Shown one piece after another: positions 12,247-22,530 of a stretch of 64,000 bases of DNA. Location of the stretch: contig CAWDFP010000008.1 of the NCBI GenBank assembly GCA_963801605.1, positions 10,314-74,313 on the forward strand. Direction: 5' to 3'. Position numbers and translations under genes: made by a program. The notes beneath the pieces were generated by a model, which saw nothing but the letters and a program-made list of their open reading frames with translations, did no database searches and had not been told where the DNA came from. Each line of letters begins with the position of its first letter. The stretch's first letter is position 1. The DNA is from an uncultured candidate division Zixibacteria bacterium (GTDB taxonomy: Bacteria > Zixibacteria > MSB-5A5 > UBA10806).

Positions 12247-12758
12247 CAAGAATCCTTTTTGAGGGAATCGGAAAACCAATTATGCTATTGACGATCTTTC
12301 TCAGTATCTCGTCCAATTCGAGATAAGTCTGATTATACTCATCGAGAGTGCCGCCGATTGGGTCCTGAACTTTTTCCTGTGTTGCGGAGTAAGGAGCTGG
12401 AAAAGCCTTTATCAGGTAGGTCTTTCGAAAAGCATCCGAATTCCGTCTGATTATAGCCTCGACATGTTCCGGGGCCATAGCCAAAATCAGATCGGCCCGT
12501 TCAACAAGATTGCCGGTCAGCTGCCGAGCCAAATGACCGGTAATATCGACTGCCCCAGTTTTTGGCGGCCTCGATGGCAAAAGGGGTAGCCTGCATCCCG
12601 TTCAAAGCACCGATTCCGGCGGAACTGACGTGGATGTTTTCTATTCCTCTTTCCTTGAAAATGGACTTTAAAATACCCTCGGCCATCGGCGAACGGCAGG
12701 TATTACCGGTACAAACTATCAGAATTTTATATTCGGGATTACTCAAATTTATCTCCAA
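12209..12758 (-). CDS. Low-molecular-weight protein Tyr/Arg phosphatase (frameshift near 12555)
   Basis: VCTGNTCRSPMAEG P-loop; ADLILAM; DPIGG. Confidence 0.9.
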
Positions 12759-13347
12759 CTACGCTGCTGATCTCATCACGAGTTATTGCTCCTTCACGCA
12801 TAATCCTGAGTATTCCGCCCTCGATTTTCACCACTGTCGATGGCAAACCGATCGGTTTTACCTCGTAATCAATGACATGATCGACCTGCTTCCGAAGCGA
12901 ATCGCTAATATCTTCCAGACGCTCCGGCGCCGGACGGCCATGAGGATTGGCGCTGGTGGCGGCAATCGGGACGCCGACCAAATCTATTATTTTACGCAGG
13001 AAATCGGCATCCGGCATTCGCAAACCCAAAGTATTAGCCTCGCCGCTACAGGGAAAAGGAACTTCGGATGTCATGACTATGGTCAGCGCTCCGGGCCAAA
13101 AATGATCCATTAGCAAATTGGCCAGGCGGCTTCTGCGGACCTTCAGGATCTCCAACTGCTTTTGATCGGAAATCAGGACAGCCAGAGGATTGCGGTCCAT
13201 AATACCTTTAATCTTGCGGATTTTCGCAATCCCCTCAGTCGAATCGAATCGACATCCCAAGCCGACCACGGTATCGGTGGGAAATAGCACAACTTCATCG
13301 CCCTTAAAAAAGTTTGCGTAATTTTTCAGTTCGGGGGTGTTAGCCAC
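12739..13347 (-). CDS. tsaC: L-threonylcarbamoyladenylate synthase
   Basis: FPTDTVVGLGC, FWPGALT, ATSANPHG, PSTVV, REGAI. Confidence 0.9.
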   Translation of the reverse strand: MANTPELKNYANFFKGDEVVLFPTDTVVGLGCRFDSTEGIAKIRKIKGIMDRNPLAVLISDQKQLEILKVRRSRLANLLMDHFWPGALTIVMTSEVPFPCSGEANTLGLRMPDADFLRKIIDLVGVPIAATSANPHGRPAPERLEDISDSLRKQVDHVIDYEVKPIGLPSTVVKIEGGILRIMREGAITRDEISSVVGDKFE

Positions 13348-13372
13348 AATTCCTCATCTTCTTAGCATATTG

Positions 13373-13862
13373 TTATTTCCTGATTCGCACCAGCCAGGCC
13401 TGCGGGAAACCCATATCGTTAACCTTCTTTAGTAATTCCTCGGCCTGTTCGAAATCGGAGCTTCTTCCAACGCATACCCTGTAATACGGAGCCTGATAAT
13501 CTATTCTTATCTCGTCACTTGCAAATTGCGACGATACCGAATTTTTAAATTCTTTGGCCTCGGTGTTTGATTTACTGGCAAAAATCTGAACGGAAAAGTA
13601 CTGGCCGGTTTGCTTTGGCTCGACTCTGTTTCCCCGGAAAATATTGAACGGTGTTATCTTCATTGGACTCTTTTGCCTCAGGAACATCGGAGGTAATAAC
13701 AACATCGTCGTTCTGGCCATTAAGCGGATCAAAGTTAGTCTCCGCTAAGGTGCGCTTATCAGCGTTTTCGCCAGGCCTGAGCCGTTTGGCCCCTGCTCCG
13801 CAGGCAATAAAAAGCAACAACAGAACGCCAGTTATGCCAATAATTCTAAAGGTACTTTTCAT
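13373..13862 (-). CDS. SPOR-domain lipoprotein (frameshift near 13650)
   Basis: Lipobox-like LFIAC; C-terminal FSVQIFA...PYYRVCVG...GFPQAWLV. Confidence 0.7.
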
Positions 13863-14925
13863 GGTTCTTATCGGCGGCTATCTTTGCCAGCAACTCTTTA
13901 ATATCGCCAACGCGGGTTTTATGAGCGACCATTATAATTTCGCCGGCTTTGACAATCACCAGATCGCTTAAACCCAGTCCTACGATTACTCCATCATCGC
14001 TATTGACTACGGTATTTTCGTAGCAGGTATCGAGAAGCACGTTGCCAATAGCCACGTTATTGTGCCTGTCGTGCTCACGGATTCGCTCCAGCGCCAGCCA
14101 GGAACCGACATCATCCCATTTCAATTCGCCTTTCATAGTCAGGACGTTGGGGGCATTTTCCAGAACGGCGAAGTCTATTGAAATACTGCTGCAATCTCGA
14201 TAAAGTTTCTCGCGGGCCTGAGGTTCGTCTGATTTTCCAATACTTTTCTGGTAAACTTTGAGGCAATCGAAAATACCAGGCACAAAACGTTCAATCGACT
14301 CTAAAATGGCATCTGCTCTCCAGATAAACATGCCGGAGTTCCAAAGATGGCCTCTGTCGAGATAATATTCCTGGGCTTTGGTAGGACTCGGTTTTTCCTT
14401 GAATTGTTTTACATGAAAGAAATCGATACCGCCATGATTTCCATATTTTTCTCCAAGCTCGATATAACCGTAAGCTGTTTCGGCCCTGGTAGGCACCACG
14501 CCGATCGTAATCAGGTATTTATCCTTTGAGGCTTGATCTACTCCGGCTTTAAGGAGCGAAACAAGCTTATCGGTTGGAGTAATAAGATGATCCGATGAAA
14601 GGATCACCATAACGGCATCGGGGTCCTTATGCTTAAGATGAGCCGCGGCCCATCCGATTGCCAGACAGGTGTTTCGGCCCTCGGGTTCAAGCAGCAGATT
14701 ATCATCGGACAACCCGGGGACAGCCGCCAGAATCTTATCTTTCAAATACATTCCGGTAACTACCTGAATCCGTTCCCTGGGAATGAAACCGTCGAGACGC
14801 TCAACAGTCTCCAGTATCATCGTTTTATCCGATGTAAGCTTCAGGAGTTGCTTGGGATTTTCCTGCCGGGATAAAGGCCAAAATCTTTCTCCTCGACCGC
14901 CTGCCAGGATTACGCCATAATTCAT
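13846..14925 (-). CDS. manC: Mannose-1-phosphate guanylyltransferase
   Basis: ILAGGRGERFWPLSR...PKQ, EPEGRNT, FKEKP, WNSGMF, WDDVGSW. Confidence 0.92.
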   Translation of the reverse strand: MNYGVILAGGRGERFWPLSRQENPKQLLKLTSDKTMILETVERLDGFIPRERIQVVTGMYLKDKILAAVPGLSDDNLLLEPEGRNTCLAIGWAAAHLKHKDPDAVMVILSSDHLITPTDKLVSLLKAGVDQASKDKYLITIGVVPTRAETAYGYIELGEKYGNHGGIDFFHVKQFKEKPSPTKAQEYYLDRGHLWNSGMFIWRADAILESIERFVPGIFDCLKVYQKSIGKSDEPQAREKLYRDCSSISIDFAVLENAPNVLTMKGELKWDDVGSWLALERIREHDRHNNVAIGNVLLDTCYENTVVNSDDGVIVGLGLSDLVIVKAGEIIMVAHKTRVGDIKELLAKIAADKNHEKYL

Positions 14926-16676
14926 TAGCGCCCCTTTCCTAACTTACTTGAAATAGGCTCGGATTTTTGAGTGAATAAATATCGTTTGATCTTTTTAGTG
15001 GAGGTTTTCTCAAATTCATCCTCGCGAATTTTTATGTACTTTACTTTTTTAAATTCAGCCAGGCCGGAGCTCAAACGGAAAACCTCGGACTTAATTATTT
15101 TTTCGACTTCCTCGGTGGAGTAATTTTGGCCATTCTCGGCGCCCAGGCTGTTAAAATATTCATAATCGGGTACGATAATAGCCTCAATTTCCTCACCACG
15201 CATTCCTTCACCCTCGAGAGGACGACCCAAAACCAGCGATTCAAGTATATAGGGAGATTTATTCAATTCACCTTCGATTTCTTCGGGATAGACGTTTTTA
15301 CCCGCGGGAGTAACGATTACATTTTTTACCCGGCCCGCGATATAATAATAGCCATCCTCATCGACCCAGCCGGAATCGCCGGTATAGAGCCAACCGTCTT
15401 TGAGGATTTCGGCGGTGGCTGACGGGTTATTGTAATACCCGATCATCACCATCGGGCCGCGGGCGATAATCTGGCCGATTCCCCGGCTATCGGGATCGAC
15501 GATTTTGAGTTCCGCGCCGGGAATGGGCATCCCGATAGATGCGTCCTTGCCTTTCGCTTCAATAGGACATAACGTCAAAACCGGGGCCGCCTCGCTGAGA
15601 CCATATCCTTGCATAAAGCAAAAGCCCAATAACTTGAATGCTCTGGTTACCTCAGGAGGTATCGGGGCGCCGCCGGTAATCAGGAGCCTCAGGCTGATGA
15701 GTCCAGCTTTATCCCTGAGGCCTTTGAAGATGCGTTTGCCGGGATTATCTATGAATGTTGATGCTAATAATTTGCTTAAAGCATAAGTCGCATTGAACAT
15801 GACTCTGGTAAACGGCGGCTTCTTGGCGATAGCCTTGAAAATCCCGTCATGCATTTTTTCAAAAAGCAGCGGTACGCCCAACAAGATAGTAGCCTTGTTG
15901 CTGTTGATATCCTCGATAATGAGTTTGGAGGCCAGACCTCGGGCATAAGCTATGCAGGAGCCTGCCGCCAGCGGCGTTAAAAAACCGCACGTACATTCAA
16001 AAGCGTGATGGATTGGCAGAACCGATAGAAAAGTATCATCGTCTTTGATTTCGATCAAAGCTGTCATGCCATCGATATCGGATACTATATTTTGATGAGA
16101 AAGCAGAACTCCCTTGGCCTGTCCGGTAGTGCCAGAGGTGTATAAGATTGAGGCCGTATCTGTTGGTTTAACATCAGGCAAATTCGTTTTGGCCGTTTCA
16201 CCGCGTGATTCAAGTTCAGTCAATGAAATGGCTTTTGCGCCTGGTTCAATGTCATCCATACAAATAACCAACTCAAGACCGGGCAGATCATCGAGGAATT
16301 GTTCCAACTCGCCCAAAAATGATTTTGAGATAATCAGGATTCTGGCCCCGGAATTCTGGATAATATGGCTCCAGGATGGCGCTTTCAGGAGAGCGTCGAG
16401 AGGAACGTTAATACCTCCTGCGACCAAGACCCCTATATACGAAACGCCCCACTCCGGACGGTTTGTAGAAAGAACAGCAACCTTATCCCCTTTTTTTAGA
16501 CCGGAGGCTATTAGCCCCTTACCAATTCGCTCGGCTTTATCGGCGAATTCGGTGAAAGTAATGCCGACAAATTGGCCATCCTGATAGCTTTTCATGAAGG
16601 TTTTTGGCCCGAAAAGCTTACGGCTTTGCTTTAGGACATCAACGAGGCTTTTGCCCTTTAGTGTTACTTTATCCAA
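14925..16676 (-). CDS. Long-chain fatty acid-CoA ligase
   Basis: YTSGTTGQAKG, QGYGLSE, GWLYTGD, GKNVYPEEIE. Confidence 0.9.
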   Translation of the reverse strand: MDKVTLKGKSLVDVLKQSRKLFGPKTFMKSYQDGQFVGITFTEFADKAERIGKGLIASGLKKGDKVAVLSTNRPEWGVSYIGVLVAGGINVPLDALLKAPSWSHIIQNSGARILIISKSFLGELEQFLDDLPGLELVICMDDIEPGAKAISLTELESRGETAKTNLPDVKPTDTASILYTSGTTGQAKGVLLSHQNIVSDIDGMTALIEIKDDDTFLSVLPIHHAFECTCGFLTPLAAGSCIAYARGLASKLIIEDINSNKATILLGVPLLFEKMHDGIFKAIAKKPPFTRVMFNATYALSKLLASTFIDNPGKRIFKGLRDKAGLISLRLLITGGAPIPPEVTRAFKLLGFCFMQGYGLSEAAPVLTLCPIEAKGKDASIGMPIPGAELKIVDPDSRGIGQIIARGPMVMIGYYNNPSATAEILKDGWLYTGDSGWVDEDGYYYIAGRVKNVIVTPAGKNVYPEEIEGELNKSPYILESLVLGRPLEGEGMRGEEIEAIIVPDYEYFNSLGAENGQNYSTEEVEKIIKSEVFRLSSGLAEFKKVKYIKIREDEFEKTSTKKIKRYLFTQKSEPISSKLGKGR

Positions 16677-16761
16677 GGTTCTCCTTTCATCTAAAAGGAC
16701 TTAGAATATATGATTAATGACGATTTATTGCAAGTTTGAAGATAACCAGGATATAAAGGAT

Positions 16762-16797
16762 AAAATAAAAAAACCGGGGCTGACTTAACCCCGGTTT
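16762..16797 (-). terminator. Rho-independent terminator of the large peptidase gene
   Basis: aaaccgggg-N9-ccccggttt stem with A-run on + (U-tract on -), about 20 nt past the stop at 16816. Confidence 0.8.
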
Positions 16798-16815
16798 AGT
16801 AGATATTTAAACATT

Positions 16816-19800
16816 CTATCTGGTTTGAGGCAAGACCCTGGGGCTAATATTATGCCCTAAACCCTTATCGAGAATCCCTGACGGCAGACAGTCGAGACAC
16901 GATGTTGGTATGGAACCTCCCTTGAAGAAAGAGACCATAAAGGTTACATCAAGCCCATTGAAGCTGCAACTGTTGTTAACATCACCGGAGACATACCAGG
17001 TATTGCCGGGAGTGCATTCGCAGGAGTACAGAGGCGGAGCACCGCCCTTGAAATATCCAACTCCATAAGTTACATCCAGGCCGTTGAATACGCCCGATCC
17101 ATTAACATCTCCTGTGACATAATCGCAGCCGCCCAGGACTGTTAAATCGACAATTAACGTTTCGGCTAAGACGCCATCCGATGCAATTACCTTAAAGGTT
17201 GAACTTGAAGAACCCGGATTGGGCGTGCCGGATAAATGCATGCCGCTCGGCTCCATCCAGGTTGGATATTCGGCAAAGCTGATTATTGGGGTTGTTCCCT
17301 CGGGATCGCTGGCGGCAGCCTGATAATCGAATGGCAGGCCGACCGTGGCAGTGTCAGCCGATGGCGATGTAATAACGGGCGGATCGTTAATATCGATGAC
17401 ATTCAATGAAACCATCAGCGTATCGGCCAACTGGCCATCGGATGCAATTATACCGAAAGATGTATCGGGATAGCTTTCACCCGGAGTACCGGAAATGATA
17501 TGACCCGCAACCGTTAGCCAATGAGGGATGCGGAAAAATGTGATTTGCGGTGTAGTGCCGTCGGGATCAATTGCCGAAGCGGTATATTGGAATTGCTCGC
17601 GTTCCGTGGCTGTAGCAGTCGCCGCCGATGTTACCTGCGGATAGTGATTATCAAATGTAATCGTCAATGTAACTATCTGCGTATCCGCGAAGACTCCATC
17701 GGATGCGATAATCCTGAAAGTAGAATTGGTGGTTGTGGAATCCGGCGTGCCGGAGATTGTATCACCCACTACACTCAACCAGGCAGCATAGTTGCTGAGC
17801 GAAATAGTTGGCGTCAGCCCTTCAGGGTCTTGAGCGGTCGCAACGTAGCTGAAATGCTGATCTTCGTGCGCCTCGGCTGTGGACGACGAGGTAATCACCG
17901 GCGGATCATTAATATCAATGATTGCCACAGCGACAATTTCAGTATCAGCGAGTTGCCCATCGGAGGCAATAACCCAGAATGTGGTATCGTGGAAACTTTC
18001 GCCGGGCGTACCGAAGATTATGGCGCCAGAGACCTGCAGCCAGGATGGGTAATTGATAAATGAGCAGGTAGGCGTATTATCAGGATCGGTAGCGGTAGCA
18101 TGATAGGTAAATAGAATTCGTTCCGTGGCTGTATCCGCTATCGGTGATGTAATTACCGGCGGATCATTGACAGGGATTACAGTAACCGATACGGTTTGAG
18201 TATCGGCCAGGAAACCATCAGAGGCGATAATCCTGAATGTCGTATTTCCATTCCCGTTAAGCGGAGTTCCCTGAATCGTATCACCCAGGACGCTCATCCA
18301 CGCAGGATAATTGCTGAAAGCAAGCGTCGGAACTGTCGCGTCGGAATCCGACGCGGTGGCAGTATATCGGAAGAGGATATCCTCAGTTGCCGACGCCGTG
18401 GCAGGCGACGTGATGACCGGCGCGCGATTGCGGCGTTTGAGAACCGGCGAAACATTTGTGGTATCGGCGGCGGTAACGACCACGCTATGAATGGTTGTAT
18501 CGCGGTAATCGGTATGGGTAAATCTGACATTATAGGTTCCTACCGTTCGCTGTGAACTATAATAGCCGTTGACATCAGTGTACATCGAATCAACCGCGGC
18601 AATTATAGGAGTGCTTCCTCCGTTAGCGGGCGCCACCCCGGCGGCATCGATCAGGAGAGCGCCGGTATTAATTCTCACAAAGATATTCTGAAGAGGCGCT
18701 CCGGTTGTATCCCTGACCGTACCGTTTATATAGCCGGGCAATATCACCATCTGCACATTCCTGGTGGTTGTCCCTCCGGCAGTAACGACGATTCCCGCGA
18801 TAGTCGTATCCCGGTAATCGGAATTGGTAAAGCGAAGCGTATAGGTGCTGTCCACAACGTTTGCGAAAGAATAGGCGCCGGACGAGTTGGTTGTATCCAA
18901 ACGCGAGCTGCCGACTATTGAGACGAATACGTTGGCAATCGGGTTGGTCGGCGGACTGCTGGGGTAACGGGTTACAGTTCCGGAAATCGTTCCGGGTAGC
19001 CGCTGCATCACAACGTTCAGGGTAGTAGTATTGCTTGAGGTGATTACTACGCCGCTTATAGTCGTATCCCTCTCCCCGCTTTTTGTGAATGTTACGTTAT
19101 AAGTCGCAGGCGGAAGAGACATTGAATACGCACCGCTGGTTGATGTCGTATCATAGAAATTGGTGCCGCCGTTGACCGCATGCACAAAAGCCTGATTGAT
19201 TGCGCCGCGGAAATCAGTTACTGTCCCGGAAAGCGTCCCCGGAGGAGTGGTGTTGCAGCGCATTGCGGAAATTACAATATCATCGATATTCCATCCGCAA
19301 AATTGCCAGGAGTCATCAGTGGCGCCGATTCCAAATTGGATTTGGAAATTCGGATTATTAGTGGCATAATCGGAAACATCGTAAGAATACTGGCTCCAGG
19401 CGGATTCATCTATTGTAGTGCCGCCGTTTTCAAAAAGCGTCACCCAGGTACCGCTGGCATTCTTAACCTGGAAATAAGCATGGTCATATATGTTCTGTTC
19501 GACCCCCAACCAACGCCAGAAACTAACCGTGATCGCATATCTGCCGGAGAGGTTATAAATCGGTGATGTTACCCAATTGGTCTGTGTTAAACTGGCAGAA
19601 TAATCGCCTCCTGTACCGCTGGTGATATCATTTCCCAATAGACGATTATCGCTGGTGGAACTATGATCGGTGGCAGGATCGGGCCCACCATAACCGTCGC
19701 TACCAGACCCTCCGGTAGCAACCCCGATAGTCCATTCGCCAAGTCCCCCGGTTCCGGTCCAACCTTGATTGGTCGAAAAGTCATCGGTAAAGAGGGTATC

Positions 19801-21861
19801 CCGATCAGCAGTACCGACCTGGGTAGAATAATAAACAGATGGCGCGTTTTGCGGATCAGTTACAAGAGTTCCGGTGGTGGTCAGGGCGCTGCAATAATAG
19901 TGAACGCTTATTCCGCATGTTAATGCCGGGAAAACCGCATCATAGACGTTAGGTGTAACTTGAGTCATATTGGAGGTTAGCCAGCCAGCGCCTGCGTTAT
20001 AATGAAGAACGCCGGTATTGGCTTGAGGCGTAGCTCCGATGGCAGTAACTACAACGCGCATCGAGGTGCCGCCGTTGGGACTGATAAAAGTCGGCCGGCC
20101 ATTGGGGTAGGCAAAGCTCAAAAGATTAAGCGCCGGGCAATCCATATTATGAGCGGTAAAACCGGCACAGATTTCGGAATGATGAGGTGTGCCGTTATTG
20201 ATATTGCCATCGTCATCGTCAAGAGTTAAATAATCGATTGTAATCTGCGGAGTGATTTCGGTGCCGGAATGAAGCGTCATGGCACTGATAGCCAATGGGG
20301 CCAGAATATCGATATAGTTGGTAGGATGGGTCGCTGCTAAAGCATTGCGGGTACTCCAGACGCAACCGGAGAGCAACTGACCGCAATCGTGAATTTCCCC
20401 GGAGCAGGGATATTGTAAAGTATTGTCAGCATTACGAAGAGGCACCGCGCATTGTCCGTCGCCATAAAAACCATAAGCAGCGCCAGGATCATCGGTGATA
20501 AGCAGCCCCATGACATCACCCATACCCTCGCCATATTGCCCCTGTCCGCTTCCGGCACATTCTACAAGGTGATGGCCATATTCATGATGCACCACAGTTG
20601 AGAAGGCGGTATTTCTATAGCCGCCACCAGAGCGGCAGAAGGTTAACGAAACGCCATCATACCAGGCGTTGCCGGGGCAATAACCGGTATTATCATTTAC
20701 ATATACCGGGAAATTTGTTTGAGTAGCAACAGTCGGATAATTGGGAACATATTTTAGGGTAAAATCGCGGACAACATTGGCGTGTAAATAAGCGTTGACT
20801 TCAGCTCGTCTATATTCGGCATTGGCAGGATTATGCTGAAAATTCGCCGGTCCCGGCGGGGTTACCACGCGGGAAATGGTGGTATCGCTAACCGCCTGGT
20901 CATGGGTATAAAACCAATGGCCGCGCACCTGTGATAGCACCGTTACCGATGATGATCCGCTGTTATTGATCGTGAAATTACCGAGAGAATCGGTAAATGT
21001 AGAATCGCCGCCGGATATTTTTACACGGGCCCATTTCAAAGGAGTAGTAACTTCGTTACCGCATTGTTCGGCCAGGAAATTCTCGGTAGCCAAACCGGTT
21101 ACCTGCCCGCTGACATTAATATCGACAACTTGATTTTCCTGATAGAGAACTTCACCGGATACAGGATCGATAATATAGAGGTCTCTGAGTACGGTCGGCT
21201 CATTGCCATCATCGGCAATAAACTCGATACCAACTGCAGGATTGACTTTATCATCGATACCCGCCCAGATTACTCTTTGGGGATCGGTAAATTTGACATA
21301 TTGCGGATTTTTTATGGCAAAAGCGTCTTGAGCCGCTTTGGGATCAACAGAGGCTTTACCAGCGTCAACAGTAAAATTGCCTAAATCTTTCAGGGCTGAT
21401 GCAGCCAGAACAAGCGGGTAGCCTGATTCATTTCGCACCAGAAGCCTTAAATCGGATTTATAAACGGGGATACCGTCTTTATATTGGGAATAATATACGA
21501 GCGTAAATTTGTATTTGCCGTTTTCATACATTAATTGAAGAGTATTACCGTCCTTAACAACATAGCTCACCGGCTGCAGATCACCGGGATCGACTCCCAG
21601 TATTGGCGAATACTGAGTTCTGAATTGCTCAGCGGCATCCTGCGGGCTAATGCCATGTATAAAAGCCTGACCGTAGATTCGTGTTATGGTTGAATTCTCA
21701 CGGTAAAACTGTACTTCCGGATTGGAAGTCAGAAGCTGCTGATAAGCGATCTTTTGGGCATCGGCAGTAGCCCCGCTGGCGACCGAAACCAGAGCGAACA
21801 TCAAAAGCGCAGTAAGCACCACGCTTTTGCCAAGGTAGTAGTTTTTCATGAAGCGCTCCAC
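16816..21861 (-). CDS. Secreted modular zinc metallopeptidase (M4/M36-like) with carboxypeptidase-regulatory-like repeats, five cadherin/Ig-like repeats and a C-terminal dockerin-like domain
   Basis: Signal peptide and propeptide; VVHHEYGHH...GEGMGD; repeats G.ISGTV...DTT and PVITS...ATE...ASDG..ADT; terminal duplicated GDVN motif. Confidence 0.8.
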   Translation of the reverse strand: MERFMKNYYLGKSVVLTALLMFALVSVASGATADAQKIAYQQLLTSNPEVQFYRENSTITRIYGQAFIHGISPQDAAEQFRTQYSPILGVDPGDLQPVSYVVKDGNTLQLMYENGKYKFTLVYYSQYKDGIPVYKSDLRLLVRNESGYPLVLAASALKDLGNFTVDAGKASVDPKAAQDAFAIKNPQYVKFTDPQRVIWAGIDDKVNPAVGIEFIADDGNEPTVLRDLYIIDPVSGEVLYQENQVVDINVSGQVTGLATENFLAEQCGNEVTTPLKWARVKISGGDSTFTDSLGNFTINNSGSSSVTVLSQVRGHWFYTHDQAVSDTTISRVVTPPGPANFQHNPANAEYRRAEVNAYLHANVVRDFTLKYVPNYPTVATQTNFPVYVNDNTGYCPGNAWYDGVSLTFCRSGGGYRNTAFSTVVHHEYGHHLVECAGSGQGQYGEGMGDVMGLLITDDPGAAYGFYGDGQCAVPLRNADNTLQYPCSGEIHDCGQLLSGCVWSTRNALAATHPTNYIDILAPLAISAMTLHSGTEITPQITIDYLTLDDDDGNINNGTPHHSEICAGFTAHNMDCPALNLLSFAYPNGRPTFISPNGGTSMRVVVTAIGATPQANTGVLHYNAGAGWLTSNMTQVTPNVYDAVFPALTCGISVHYYCSALTTTGTLVTDPQNAPSVYYSTQVGTADRDTLFTDDFSTNQGWTGTGGLGEWTIGVATGGSGSDGYGGPDPATDHSSTSDNRLLGNDITSGTGGDYSASLTQTNWVTSPIYNLSGRYAITVSFWRWLGVEQNIYDHAYFQVKNASGTWVTLFENGGTTIDESAWSQYSYDVSDYATNNPNFQIQFGIGATDDSWQFCGWNIDDIVISAMRCNTTPPGTLSGTVTDFRGAINQAFVHAVNGGTNFYDTTSTSGAYSMSLPPATYNVTFTKSGERDTTISGVVITSSNTTTLNVVMQRLPGTISGTVTRYPSSPPTNPIANVFVSIVGSSRLDTTNSSGAYSFANVVDSTYTLRFTNSDYRDTTIAGIVVTAGGTTTRNVQMVILPGYINGTVRDTTGAPLQNIFVRINTGALLIDAAGVAPANGGSTPIIAAVDSMYTDVNGYYSSQRTVGTYNVRFTHTDYRDTTIHSVVVTAADTTNVSPVLKRRNRAPVITSPATASATEDILFRYTATASDSDATVPTLAFSNYPAWMSVLGDTIQGTPLNGNGNTTFRIIASDGFLADTQTVSVTVIPVNDPPVITSPIADTATERILFTYHATATDPDNTPTCSFINYPSWLQVSGAIIFGTPGESFHDTTFWVIASDGQLADTEIVAVAIIDINDPPVITSSSTAEAHEDQHFSYVATAQDPEGLTPTISLSNYAAWLSVVGDTISGTPDSTTTNSTFRIIASDGVFADTQIVTLTITFDNHYPQVTSAATATATEREQFQYTASAIDPDGTTPQITFFRIPHWLTVAGHIISGTPGESYPDTSFGIIASDGQLADTLMVSLNVIDINDPPVITSPSADTATVGLPFDYQAAASDPEGTTPIISFAEYPTWMEPSGMHLSGTPNPGSSSSTFKVIASDGVLAETLIVDLTVLGGCDYVTGDVNGSGVFNGLDVTYGVGYFKGGAPPLYSCECTPGNTWYVSGDVNNSCSFNGLDVTFMVSFFKGGSIPTSCLDCLPSGILDKGLGHNISPRVLPQTR

Positions 21862-22244
21862 TCAGTTTGCTTATTGGGTATTGTTATCCTATTGACCTAC
21901 CTATAGTTAAATATCCGAACAATATCGCGGGCAAAATTACACCCTTATAGATTTCATCGACCGTTCCAATAAGGATATTTAGGAAACGGCAAAATTTTCC
22001 GAGAAGACCAAAAGTGTGTTAAGTTCGAATTTTTCAATTCATCAACTCATGAAGACAGCTTCAAGCAGCTAAATAATAACATTATCAAGTGCTTAAGTCA
22101 AGAATTAAGGGTATAAAATGATACTTACCGAATTAATCTTATTCCCCTAAGCCGCCCTATTAAAAATTCAAAATGATTAGAGCCAATAAAGGCAAAAAGG
22201 ATTATTTATGACATGTTCCCGCGTTTTGAGTACCGTCAATTTTA

Positions 22245-22517
22245 TTGGTTGCAGCCATGCAGATCTTCACCCTTCTCGCCTGTCCATTCATAAGGCCATT
22301 TAGAATATCGCGGCTTTTCTGGACTTACATAATCCCGGCGGCCCCGATCATCGGGTTTCTGGACGGTATAGTATCTTGTTTTAGGACTTATTCAATTGAG
22401 GAGATGAGGGAATTAGTTAATAAGCTTTCGCCAAATGAATACGAATGGGTCATCGCCAAAAAAAACGCCTTTTTAAGAGTGCCAATTTTCTTTCTTATAA
22501 GATTTCCCAATAATTGA
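22245..22517 (+). pseudogene. Probable gene remnant (resembles the C-terminus of a class I SAM methyltransferase-like family)
   Basis: RPFRISRLFWTYIIP...DGIVSCFRTYS..E..EL; no convincing start or RBS. Confidence 0.35.
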
Positions 22518-22530
22518 TAGTGATTTTATC

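Noticed and set aside
21975..22020. c-di-GMP-I riboswitch-like GGCAAA segment before the large peptidase
   Set aside because: On the opposite strand to the gene and lacks convincing stems
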